Below, piece after piece: positions 26,779 through 34,685 of a stretch of DNA of 61,902 nt. Source of the stretch: Deltaproteobacteria bacterium. GTDB lineage: Bacteria > Myxococcota > B64-G9. Position 1 is the first letter of the stretch, and every line of letters starts with the position of its first letter. Location of the stretch: assembly GCA_030622135.1 (NCBI GenBank), contig JAUXGL010000003.1, positions 1 through 61,902 on the forward strand, read 5' to 3'. Below the pieces are notes generated by a model. The model saw nothing but the letters and a program-made list of their open reading frames with translations. It was not told the DNA's origin and did not search any database. Made by a program: the position numbers and the translations under genes.

Positions 26779-28295
26779 ACCTCCCCCTCCAACATCTCCT
26801 CTAACTCCCCAAGAAGCTCGAAGATCCGCTCTTCTTTCGTCTTGATGGATCGCACCAGCTCCAGCGCCGGAACGTGCTCGTAGTCGTCTTTCTTGTTGGG
26901 GTTACGAGCCGTGAGGTCCCAGCCATCTTCCTCAAAGGCAACCTCATCGAACTCGACCACCCATGAGTTGTCGCCCTCGACCTGCTTCTTCCGCTTCTTG
27001 AGAAAATCGGGGAGTTGGCTGCCCTCGATTGGTTTGCGCGTCTGCTTCAACTCGAAGCCGTCGTTGGTCAGCTCGTAGAACCAGATCTTGTTTGTGGTAG
27101 CGGCCTTCTTCGGTCGGTCAAAAAAGATGACGTTGGTCTTTACGCCGGTGTAGGGCAAGAATGCTCCGGCCGGCAGAGATAGGATGGTGTGCACCTTGAA
27201 CTGGGTTAGCAGCTTCTTGCGCACCTTGGCATCCGGACCGCCGCGAAACAGCACGCCCTCGGGAAGGATCACTCCCGCTCGTCCGCCCTTGGCCAGGTTG
27301 GTCATGATGTGCTGCAAGAAGAGGATCTCGGTCGCGGCCGACTGGATGGTGAAGTTGCCCTGGGAGTCCCGGTCCATCTTGCCGCCATAGGGCGGATTGG
27401 AGAGGATCACAGAAAAACGGCGCTGCTCGGCCACGTTGTTCTCGTGGCGCTCCAGGGTGTCGGCCAGGGCCAGCTTGGCCTTGTCGATACCGTGTAGGAT
27501 CATGTTCATGACCCCGAGCAAGTAGGAAAGCGGCTTGAGCTCGTTGCCGGCGAAGGTGTCTCTTTGAAAACGCTCGAAGTCTTCGCCGCTCATGTTGGAG
27601 TCGTGGTGCTTGATGTACTCTGCCGACTCGAAGAGAAAGCCGGCCGTCCCCATGCAGGGATCGTAAACGCGGTCACCAAGACGTGGTTTGACCACTTCGA
27701 CCATGGCCTTGACGATGTGGCGTTGGGTGTAAAACTCGCCCGCGTACCCGGCGGAGTCACCGGCAACGTCCTTGAGCAGGCGCTCGTAGATCTCCGACAG
27801 CTCGATAACGTCGGCCTGGCGGCTGAAATCGATCCGTTCGACCTGACTGACCACGCGGGCAAAGCTGCCGGGGCGCCGGCTGTGATTGCGGATCGTGCTG
27901 AAGATGCGCTGGAATTGGAGGCCAAGGGTATCGTCGCCGAGGGTCGTGAGCTTCTCGAAGAGGTCGGCGTTGACAAAACGAAAGACCTCTTCGGGAGTCT
28001 TCAGGCCTTTGACAGCCTTACTCTTGCCGGTGAGCGCGCGAGTCCACGTCGACCAACGGTACTTGCCATTGAGCCGCCTCTCATAGGGCGTGTCCTCGAA
28101 GGCGGACTCTTCTTCTCGGCGGTCCTCCGATGCCTCGAAGGCTTTCAGGAAAAATAGCCAGGAGAGTTGCTCGACGTAATTTCGCGGCTCGACACCGTCG
28201 CTGTTGAGCTGATCGCAGGCATTGTTGACCGCCTGCCGTACATTGTCGCGTCGTGCCTCGGCTCCGTTTCCTGGTTTTGTGGTCTTTGAAGTCAT
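26775..28295 (-). CDS. hsdM: type I restriction-modification DNA methyltransferase subunit
   Basis: 506 aa. HsdM_N-like YVEQLSWLFFLKAF, motif I VYDPCMGTAGFL and canonical motif IV ILSNPPYGG. Confidence 0.92.
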   Translation of the reverse strand: MTSKTTKPGNGAEARRDNVRQAVNNACDQLNSDGVEPRNYVEQLSWLFFLKAFEASEDRREEESAFEDTPYERRLNGKYRWSTWTRALTGKSKAVKGLKTPEEVFRFVNADLFEKLTTLGDDTLGLQFQRIFSTIRNHSRRPGSFARVVSQVERIDFSRQADVIELSEIYERLLKDVAGDSAGYAGEFYTQRHIVKAMVEVVKPRLGDRVYDPCMGTAGFLFESAEYIKHHDSNMSGEDFERFQRDTFAGNELKPLSYLLGVMNMILHGIDKAKLALADTLERHENNVAEQRRFSVILSNPPYGGKMDRDSQGNFTIQSAATEILFLQHIMTNLAKGGRAGVILPEGVLFRGGPDAKVRKKLLTQFKVHTILSLPAGAFLPYTGVKTNVIFFDRPKKAATTNKIWFYELTNDGFELKQTRKPIEGSQLPDFLKKRKKQVEGDNSWVVEFDEVAFEEDGWDLTARNPNKKDDYEHVPALELVRSIKTKEERIFELLGELEEMLEGEV

Positions 28296-28307
28296 GTCAG
28301 CAAATCC

Positions 28308-30602
28308 TCATGCGCTAAGCGGAACGTAGAGATGGCGCTTGACCTCCTCGAGGTCACTGCGCAGTTGCTTGGCGTTTCCGTAGCGTCTGAGCAACTGCGT
28401 GAAGCTGCCAAAGCGACCTACGAACTGCGGGGTGCGGAACGTGCGGGCATCTTCGAGATCATCGACGCCAAACAGGGTGTAGTGGTCGAGGCAGGTCTCC
28501 CAGAATTGCAGGCGAATCCGGTCTTCCTGCGAGATGTTCTCCTCGCCGATATGCGCGAGCAGCCAGTCCTGGTCGTACTCCCAGAAGTGGGCGACACGAT
28601 CCCGTCGCTCGGGAACCCTGACCAGATCAAAGGCTACCTTTGACAAGACATCGACATCGTCCGTCTCCGGGAGGTCGAAGAAGTGGCGAAAGGCGGCTAC
28701 GTGGACATCCTGGTCACGAAGCTCAGCCCGGAGCTCCTGGCGCGTTCGCTTGTCAATCCATGCGTCCAGCAGCGCCTTGAGGTCAGGCGTTACGAGCGTT
28801 CGTATCGCGCCCTTTGATTGCTCCTTGTATTCCTCGAATGGGATCTTGCGTCCATCCGCCAGGCACACGAAGCGGCGGTTGTCAGAGAGCTCGATGGTGA
28901 CTCCCTGCTCGACCGGAATGTCTTTGGGCTCGCTTTTCTTGCGAGGTTTCTTCGCGGGCTTTCGCGACTTGTCCTGATTGGCCGGGTGGCCGTCGAACTC
29001 GGAGTCCTCGAGCGTGCTCGCGCCAGAGTAATCCCAGATCGTGAAGTAGCGCTTGTCGACCTCTGGGTCGTCGCACAATCGAGTGCCGCGACCCTTCATC
29101 TGTTTGTAGAGAATGGAGCTGCGGAGGGGGCGTACAAAGACGATGTTCTTGACGTCAGGGGCGTCGTATCCCGTGGTCAGTAGATCGACGGTGACGGCGA
29201 CGCGAGGATTTGTGCGGCCGACTTCCTGAAAGTTCCGCTCCAGCTGGTGGGAGTTCCTCTCGGCGCGGGTAATTCGCGCGGCGTATTCGGGGTCTCCGGT
29301 GATCCGTCTGAGCTCCTGCGCCATGAAAGCCGCGTGAGTGTCATTGACGCAGAAGACGATGCTCTTCTCGTTCTCGAGCCCGTACCTCTTGAGCTGAGCG
29401 TAGAGGTCTTCCGCGATCCACTTGGTGCGATCCGGCAGAGACACATCACGCTCAAAGTGTTTGGTCTCGTATCGGCGCCCATCGGGGCCGTCGTAACCCT
29501 CTTCGTCGACGTTGGTGATGCGCTGCTCGAGAAGGTAGGGCACCAGGTAGCCATCTTCGATGGCCTGTTTGAGCGAATAGGTGAAAATGGGCTCGCCGAA
29601 ATACTCATAGCTGTCCCGACGGAGTTCCTCGGGGCTAAGGTCCCGGCCCTCTTTGTAAAGCTCACGCGGAGTGGCCGTCAGGCCTAACTGGTAGGCCTTA
29701 CCAAAGTGCTCCAAGACCCCGAACCAGTCGCCAAATCCAGAGCGATGGCACTCATCGATGACGATGAGATCAAAGAAGTCGGCCTCGTAGTGTTCATAGA
29801 GCTTTTTGCCGTCCAGCTCCTCGTCGAGGTTCTGGTAGTTGGCGAAGAACACCTTACCAACTCGGTGGGTCCCGGCTTTGACAGCGTTCTTGTCAATGGT
29901 GACGCGCTCGTCCGTTGGGAAACCATTGAACGCTCGGTAGGCCTGACCCTTGAGGCTGTTGCGATCCGTGAGAAAGAGGACGTTTCCTCGTGGAAGGATA
30001 TCGGTTTGCAGGAGCTTCCACACGAGTTGAAAGACCGTGAAGGTCTTGCCCGTGCCCGTGGCCATGAGCAACAAGACCCGGCGGTTGTCTTGCGAGAACT
30101 GGTACAGCGCCTCAGTGATGGCGCGCTCTTGATACGGACGGACCTTCTTGCGCGAGATCTGATCGACGTGCCAGTCGGCAAGGAAGGCGTCATTCCAACT
30201 GCGGGGGATCATGTTGAGCCCCATATAATGGAGAACATCGCCAGGTGGAGGAGGCGTATCCTGGGTGTGGTACTCGCCAGTCTTGTTGTCAGTGACGATG
30301 TACTCGTGGCCGTTGCTCGCGATGGAGAAGCGGAGGCTCAGACGCTGTGCGTAGCGCGAGCCTTGCTGCATCCCGTCAGATGCGTCTTCGTCCTCCCTCT
30401 TCGCTTCAAGAATGGCCAGAGGCATACCATAGAGCTTGAGGACGTAGTCGGCGACGATGTGCTGATGCTCATCGTACATTCGTTCGCCGGAGAGATTCAC
30501 TCGTCCGGGGCCAATCATCACCTCACGAGACCATGTCCAGCCTGCAGCTTCGAGCGCAGGCTCGATAAGCTCTCGGCAGGTTTGGTTCTCGTTGCGGCTC
30601 AT
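28308..30602 (-). CDS. hsdR: type I restriction endonuclease subunit R
   Basis: 764 aa. N-terminal nuclease region ETCRELIEPALEAAGW...ADYVL...AILEAK. SF2 helicase motifs LLLMATGTGKT and VIDECHR. GAGGAG SD 5 nt upstream of the ATG. Confidence 0.9.
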   Translation of the reverse strand: MSRNENQTCRELIEPALEAAGWTWSREVMIGPGRVNLSGERMYDEHQHIVADYVLKLYGMPLAILEAKREDEDASDGMQQGSRYAQRLSLRFSIASNGHEYIVTDNKTGEYHTQDTPPPPGDVLHYMGLNMIPRSWNDAFLADWHVDQISRKKVRPYQERAITEALYQFSQDNRRVLLLMATGTGKTFTVFQLVWKLLQTDILPRGNVLFLTDRNSLKGQAYRAFNGFPTDERVTIDKNAVKAGTHRVGKVFFANYQNLDEELDGKKLYEHYEADFFDLIVIDECHRSGFGDWFGVLEHFGKAYQLGLTATPRELYKEGRDLSPEELRRDSYEYFGEPIFTYSLKQAIEDGYLVPYLLEQRITNVDEEGYDGPDGRRYETKHFERDVSLPDRTKWIAEDLYAQLKRYGLENEKSIVFCVNDTHAAFMAQELRRITGDPEYAARITRAERNSHQLERNFQEVGRTNPRVAVTVDLLTTGYDAPDVKNIVFVRPLRSSILYKQMKGRGTRLCDDPEVDKRYFTIWDYSGASTLEDSEFDGHPANQDKSRKPAKKPRKKSEPKDIPVEQGVTIELSDNRRFVCLADGRKIPFEEYKEQSKGAIRTLVTPDLKALLDAWIDKRTRQELRAELRDQDVHVAAFRHFFDLPETDDVDVLSKVAFDLVRVPERRDRVAHFWEYDQDWLLAHIGEENISQEDRIRLQFWETCLDHYTLFGVDDLEDARTFRTPQFVGRFGSFTQLLRRYGNAKQLRSDLEEVKRHLYVPLSA

Positions 30603-30613
30603 CGTGACTCCTC

Positions 30614-30631
30614 GGTGACTAGCGTGTCACC
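30614..30631 (-). promoter_or_regulatory. 6-bp inverted repeat in the hsdR leader (GGTGAC-N6-GTCACC)
   Basis: Read directly. Lies between the predicted sigma-54 start site and the hsdR SD, so it is either an operator or a 5'-UTR hairpin. Confidence 0.4.
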
Positions 30632-30641
30632 CAGTCTAAGT

Positions 30642-30657
30642 TGCAGATGTCGTGCCA
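30642..30657 (-). promoter_or_regulatory. sigma-54 (-24/-12) promoter driving hsdR and the downstream operon
   Basis: The minus strand reads TGA-TGGCACG-ACAT-CTGCA, against the consensus TGGCACG-N4-TTGCW. It starts immediately after the activator gene's stop and lies about 40 nt upstream of the hsdR ATG. Confidence 0.75.
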
Positions 30658-32175
30658 TCATCTCTCCACCCCATATTTCTTGAGCCAGTTCGTTAGCGTC
30701 TGATAGCTCGGGAGGCCCACCAGCTCGGCGGCCTTGGTCTTGTTTCCGCTCGCCTCATCGATGGCGCGCCCCAGATAATGCCTGGCTATTTCTGTTAGTA
30801 AATCCGGTAGGTTGAACTTGCCACCAAGCTGCCGCCCGAACGCCTCCGACCGGCTTGCGAAGCCGGAAGGGAGCAGAGCCTCTCGCGCATCTTCGACGGT
30901 GATCGTCGCGCTGTCGGACCAGATCGCTGCACGTCGGAGCGTGTTGAGCAACTCCCTGACATTGCCGGGCCAGGGATGCGAAAGCATAAGATTTCTTGCC
31001 CCAGCGGAAAGTTTCTTGTGCTTGAACTCAGGTTCGACCATAGCCTCTTCATTCACCTGCTGGAGAAGTCGGTCGATGAGTAGTCCAAGGTCGCCAGCGC
31101 GATCGCGAAGCGGTGGGATATTCAGGACGGCAACCGCCAGTCGGTAAAAGAGGTCTTCACGGAAGCGGCCGGCTGCAATCTCCTCGGTGAGGGTCCTATT
31201 CGTCGCGGCAATGATGCGGACGTTGACCTTGGCGGCTTTGGTCGACCCGAGACGAACAACCTCTCCCTCTTGGATGACCCGGAGCAGCTTCACCTGGGCC
31301 GAACCGGGCAGATCCCCGAGTTCATCGAGAAACAGGGTCCCGGTGTTCGCAGCCTCGAAGTAGCCCTTCCGCGGTTCATTCGCGCCAGTAAACGCTCCCT
31401 TCTCGTGCCCAAAGAGCTCTGACTCCACGAGGTCGTCGGGTATTGCCCCGCAGTTGACCGCTACGAACGGCGCCTGGCTCCGAGTGCTCGCCTGATGGAT
31501 CGCGCGCGCGATCATCTCCTTGCCTGTTCCTGACTCTCCCTCGATCAAGACGGGTACGTTGCGAACCGCTACTCGCCGCGCTCGTTGGATGAGTCGGTCC
31601 ATCACCCGGCTTCGATAGATGATATCGGCGAACTCGGGCGCCTCAGGCGACTCGGCGCCGCTCAGCTCCCGCAAGCGTTCATCGCGTTCGCGGAGCAGAT
31701 CTGGCAGGAAGTCGACGGCGATATCGAACGGGACCTCGGCGGTGCGCACGCCATGGTCCCTTGAAGACTCAATCAGCTCTGCCGGGAACCGTGTCTTGGC
31801 GAGTAGTATCCAGACCGCCGCCATCGCCGGCGTGCCCGGGCTCAAGTGGAAGCTGAGCGAGGCCTCTTTCGCGCGTCCGTCCAGAGCTGCGCTGATCGTG
31901 CGGACGGCAGCCTTGTAGATCTCCCCAAAGTTAGTCGGGCCAGAACGCGGCTCGAATTGTAGGTCGATCTTTGCTGCCGTTCGAGCCCGCACCCACGCGG
32001 CGTAGGGTTTGACCTCCGCCTTGGGATAATCGTGAAGAAGAATGATGCGGTCGAACGCAAGCGCATCCACTGCCTGAGCAATGGGCCCGACTCCGACCGT
32101 CTCCTCCTCCGTTCGTGCGCGGAGATCCGTTCGGCCGACCCAGCTGACAAGAACCTTCTCCATGCCGAAAGACAT
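30658..32175 (-). CDS. RtcR-family sigma-54-dependent transcriptional activator (CARF-type N-domain + AAA+ + Fis-type HTH)
   Basis: The N-domain [32 protein letters not shown] parallels E. coli RtcR's YLIHITTGTHVAQICWFLLAEARYLPARLIQSS. AAA+ motifs GESGTGKE, the GAFTGA loop and FLDELGDL. C-terminal [26 protein letters not shown]. Confidence 0.85.
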   Translation of the reverse strand: MSFGMEKVLVSWVGRTDLRARTEEETVGVGPIAQAVDALAFDRIILLHDYPKAEVKPYAAWVRARTAAKIDLQFEPRSGPTNFGEIYKAAVRTISAALDGRAKEASLSFHLSPGTPAMAAVWILLAKTRFPAELIESSRDHGVRTAEVPFDIAVDFLPDLLRERDERLRELSGAESPEAPEFADIIYRSRVMDRLIQRARRVAVRNVPVLIEGESGTGKEMIARAIHQASTRSQAPFVAVNCGAIPDDLVESELFGHEKGAFTGANEPRKGYFEAANTGTLFLDELGDLPGSAQVKLLRVIQEGEVVRLGSTKAAKVNVRIIAATNRTLTEEIAAGRFREDLFYRLAVAVLNIPPLRDRAGDLGLLIDRLLQQVNEEAMVEPEFKHKKLSAGARNLMLSHPWPGNVRELLNTLRRAAIWSDSATITVEDAREALLPSGFASRSEAFGRQLGGKFNLPDLLTEIARHYLGRAIDEASGNKTKAAELVGLPSYQTLTNWLKKYGVER

Positions 32176-32239
32176 ACAAGAAATCTACTGAAAACACAAG
32201 ATCTCTTGCAGGCTGCCACGTGTGCAGGTGTACGGAATG

Positions 32240-32533
32240 CTACATGGAAAGGCGACTCCACACCCGCCGCTGCTCGGCCAACCCCGCGCACCTCACCACA
32301 TCCCGGAGCCCCCGCTCGGTCACCGGCTCCACGCCGTCCACACGCTCGAGGTTCTTGTGCCGAGCGAACTGCAGGCCCTGCTTGAGGCTGCGCTCGATGA
32401 AGATCACTCCGCGCCGCTCGGCGCTGTAGGGGAAGTTGCTGCCGCCCCTGAGCGTCCGCGACCCATCGATAAACTTGCAGCGGGGTGTGAGCACGAACAG
32501 TGTCAGATAACACTGCAAGCCAACTCTTGACAT
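32240..32533 (-). CDS. hypothetical 97-aa ORF (doubtful; possible gene remnant)
   Basis: Composition is more protein-like than the opposite-strand ORF. However, there is no SD, the start overlaps the -35 box of the divergent promoter, and no family was recognised. Confidence 0.3.
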   Translation of the reverse strand: MSRVGLQCYLTLFVLTPRCKFIDGSRTLRGGSNFPYSAERRGVIFIERSLKQGLQFARHKNLERVDGVEPVTERGLRDVVRCAGLAEQRRVWSRLSM

Positions 32534-32555
32534 TCTGTGTGCGAATTGCTAACCT
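32527..32555 (+). promoter_or_regulatory. sigma-70-like promoter for the DUF457 / XRE-ImmA genes
   Basis: TTGACA (32527-32532), a 17-nt spacer, then TAACCT (32550-32555). AGGAG SD at 32563-32567 and ATG at 32573. Confidence 0.45.
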
Positions 32556-32572
32556 TCTAGTCAGGAGATCAC

Positions 32573-33025
32573 ATGGCGAACCGAAAAATGCACATGATTG
32601 TTGGGGCTGCCGCTGGTGGTGCCAGCGCTTGCTTTCTCGCCCGTGACCAAGAGCCGGCCCACCAGCTCGTAGAAACTCTTGGCGGCGTGCTCGCGGGCAC
32701 CTTGGGCGGGAGACTCCCCGACATCATCGAGCCCGCGCTTCATCCAGGGCATCGCAGCGTCGCGCACGCCATGCTTCCCACTGGCGCGGCCGGAGTTGCT
32801 GTTGTCCCGCGCCTACGCGCCGGACAACAGCGCGGCCGGCGGTGGGCCGATCAATGCCACGCACGTCGCGATGGCGCCGAGAACCTGCTCGCGCAGATCC
32901 TCTGGTGGCTCGCCGAGATGGCATGTCGACTCGTATCGGGCGCAGTGGGCGGGATCGCGGCGGGTTACGCGTCCCACCTCGTCTTGGATGCGACCACCCC
33001 GATGGGATTGCCACTGCTTGCGTGA
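32573..33025 (+). CDS. DUF457/YdjM-like membrane-bound metal-dependent hydrolase
   Basis: RLPDIIEP...HPGHRSVAHA and GYASHLVLDATTPMGLPLL parallel E. coli YdjM's LPDIDHP, GHRGFTHS and GYLSHILADMLTPAGVPLL. Confidence 0.7.
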   Translation: MANRKMHMIVGAAAGGASACFLARDQEPAHQLVETLGGVLAGTLGGRLPDIIEPALHPGHRSVAHAMLPTGAAGVAVVPRLRAGQQRGRRWADQCHARRDGAENLLAQILWWLAEMACRLVSGAVGGIAAGYASHLVLDATTPMGLPLLA

Positions 33026-33038
33026 GGGAGGAGAGCAC

Positions 33039-34304
33039 ATGGCCATCGATCAGAAAGAGCTTGGACAACGGCTGAAAGGTGCGCGCGAGGCCTGCGGGAT
33101 GACCCAGGACGATGTTGCGCGGCAGCTCGGCGTCTCGCGCTCCACCGTGGCGCAGATGGAGCTCGGCAACCGCGCGGTTACAGGCATCGAGTTGTCACGC
33201 CTCGCCTACCTGTTCGGCAAGGACCTGCGGAGCTTCGTCGCAGTCGAGGCTCCCGATCAGGAGGACGCCCTGGTCGCGCTCTTCCGTCTCCATCCGGAGC
33301 TGTCGAGCCAGGAGGACGTGATCGAGGCCCTGCGGCAATGTCTGGCGCTCGGCCGCGAGCTGACCAATCTGGAGCGGCTGCTCGGCGTCGATCGAGGCCT
33401 CGCCACGGTCGCCGCCTATCCCCTGCCGAGACCGCGAACCAAGTGGGAGGCCATCCAACAGGGAGAGCGCATCGCGCTCGAAGAGCGCAGGCGCCTCGGG
33501 CTTAGCCTCGCCGCACTGCAGGACGTCGCCGAGCTGCTCGAAGCGCAAGGCATCCGCACGGCTCAGGTGACCTTGCCCGAGGACATCTCGGGCCTGACCC
33601 TCATCGAGCCCAAGATTGGCTTCTTCGTGGTGGCCAACCTGGAGCATCACATCCTGCGCAGACGCTTCTCCTATGCACACGAGTACTGCCACGTGCTGGT
33701 CGACCGTAACGAACGCGGGCTCGTGAGCCGTGGACAAGACCGCGATGAGCTGCTGGAGATCCGTGCCAACGCCTTCGCCGCGAGCTTCCTCATGCCGGCC
33801 GACGCCGTGCGTCGGTTCATCAGCGCCCTGGGCAAGGGGCAGCCGAGCCGAATGGAAGCCGAGGTATTCGACGAGGGGGCGCCGGTCTCCGCGCGGGCGC
33901 GATCGGCGCCGGGCAGCCAGGACATCCAGCTCTACGACGTGGTCCAGATGGCCCACCACTTCGGGGTAAGCCGGGCAGCGGCCTGCTACCGTCTCAAGAG
34001 CGCTCGGCTGCTCACGAGCGCAGAGCTCGATTCCCTGCTTGAGCACGACCGCGCCGGTCGAGGCCGCGAGATCGAGAAGCTCCTGGGTCTCCCGGAACCC
34101 GACCATCAGGCCCGGCGAGATGATTTCCGCCACCGCTTCCTGGGGCTGGCCCTAGAGGCCTTCAGGCGGGAGGAGATCTCGCGGGCGAAGCTCGTCGAGG
34201 TCGCGGCCATGGTCGATGTGGACGCGAGCGATGTGGATCGAGCCACTTTGGACCTGGGCCTCGATGATGACGGGGGTGCCGAGGTTCACCTCCCCGGAGC
34301 GTAG
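33039..34304 (+). CDS. fused XRE-family HTH regulator / ImmA-IrrE (COG2856) zinc metallopeptidase
   Basis: ATG at 33039 after GGAGGAG. HTH LGQRLKGAREACGMTQDDVARQLGVSRSTVAQMELGNR. HExxH as YAHEYCHVLVD. Confidence 0.85.
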   Translation: MAIDQKELGQRLKGAREACGMTQDDVARQLGVSRSTVAQMELGNRAVTGIELSRLAYLFGKDLRSFVAVEAPDQEDALVALFRLHPELSSQEDVIEALRQCLALGRELTNLERLLGVDRGLATVAAYPLPRPRTKWEAIQQGERIALEERRRLGLSLAALQDVAELLEAQGIRTAQVTLPEDISGLTLIEPKIGFFVVANLEHHILRRRFSYAHEYCHVLVDRNERGLVSRGQDRDELLEIRANAFAASFLMPADAVRRFISALGKGQPSRMEAEVFDEGAPVSARARSAPGSQDIQLYDVVQMAHHFGVSRAAACYRLKSARLLTSAELDSLLEHDRAGRGREIEKLLGLPEPDHQARRDDFRHRFLGLALEAFRREEISRAKLVEVAAMVDVDASDVDRATLDLGLDDDGGAEVHLPGA

Positions 34305-34343
34305 GCGATGGCTGCTGTGGAACGAACACGCGTCGTCGTAACC
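34144..34343 (+). repeat. right copy of 200-bp direct repeat flanking the island
   Basis: 192/200 identical to 17994-18193. Covers the last ~53 codons of the XRE-ImmA gene, the 3-nt spacer and the first 12 codons of the next ORF. Confidence 0.9.
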
Positions 34344-34450
34344 GTCGAGGAGGCGGATCAGGACAAGCAGGTGATCGAGGAGCACCGATTCAAGATGCGG
34401 TTCTCATCGTTCCGAGACGTACTCGGTACCGAGACCAAGGAGTAGAGATC

Positions 34451-34564
34451 ATGGCAAAAAGAACCAAGTACCACGTGACGAAACGCCCAGACGGGCAGTG
34501 GCAAGCCAAGGCCGTCTGTAAACCACCCCGCCGGTCAGACCACGCCCGGTACCCGTTCTCATGT
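34451..34564 (+). pseudogene. DUF2188-like gene fragment (truncated or frameshifted)
   Basis: MAKRTKYHVTKRPDGQWQAKAV matches the DUF2188 N-terminal pattern (YHV.p..dG.W.vk). It then degenerates and stops after 37 codons. Confidence 0.35.
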
Positions 34565-34685
34565 CCCTGAATGATGACATCCAAGAACATGAGCAAGCGT
34601 CTATGTCGGCCGGGGCTTTCTTGTACAAGCGCGGAAACTCAACGGTGTGACTCAAGCGTGAAGGTCGTATGCCGTATCAAGCGGT

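Larger units (their letters stand above)
17877..34685. other. putative horizontally acquired defence island (no integrase or transposase seen)
   Basis: Bounded by core lipoprotein genes. Contains R-M, ATPase and nuclease genes, gene remnants at both edges and 200-bp flanking direct repeats. Locally AT-richer stretches (24/60 G+C at 25861-25920). Confidence 0.6.

Noticed and set aside
32222-32530. 102-aa plus-strand ORF between the RtcR-like gene and the DUF457 gene
   Set aside because: Pro/His/Ala/Leu-rich composition, no SD, and it overlaps the somewhat more plausible minus-strand 97-aa ORF. The region is probably regulatory or remnant DNA.
17877-34685. Integrase, transposase or tRNA attachment site that would define the island as a classical mobile element
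   Set aside because: I found no ORF with tyrosine/serine recombinase or DDE transposase hallmarks and no tRNA-like sequence. The flanking repeats are 4% diverged, so I call it an island rather than a defined mobile element.
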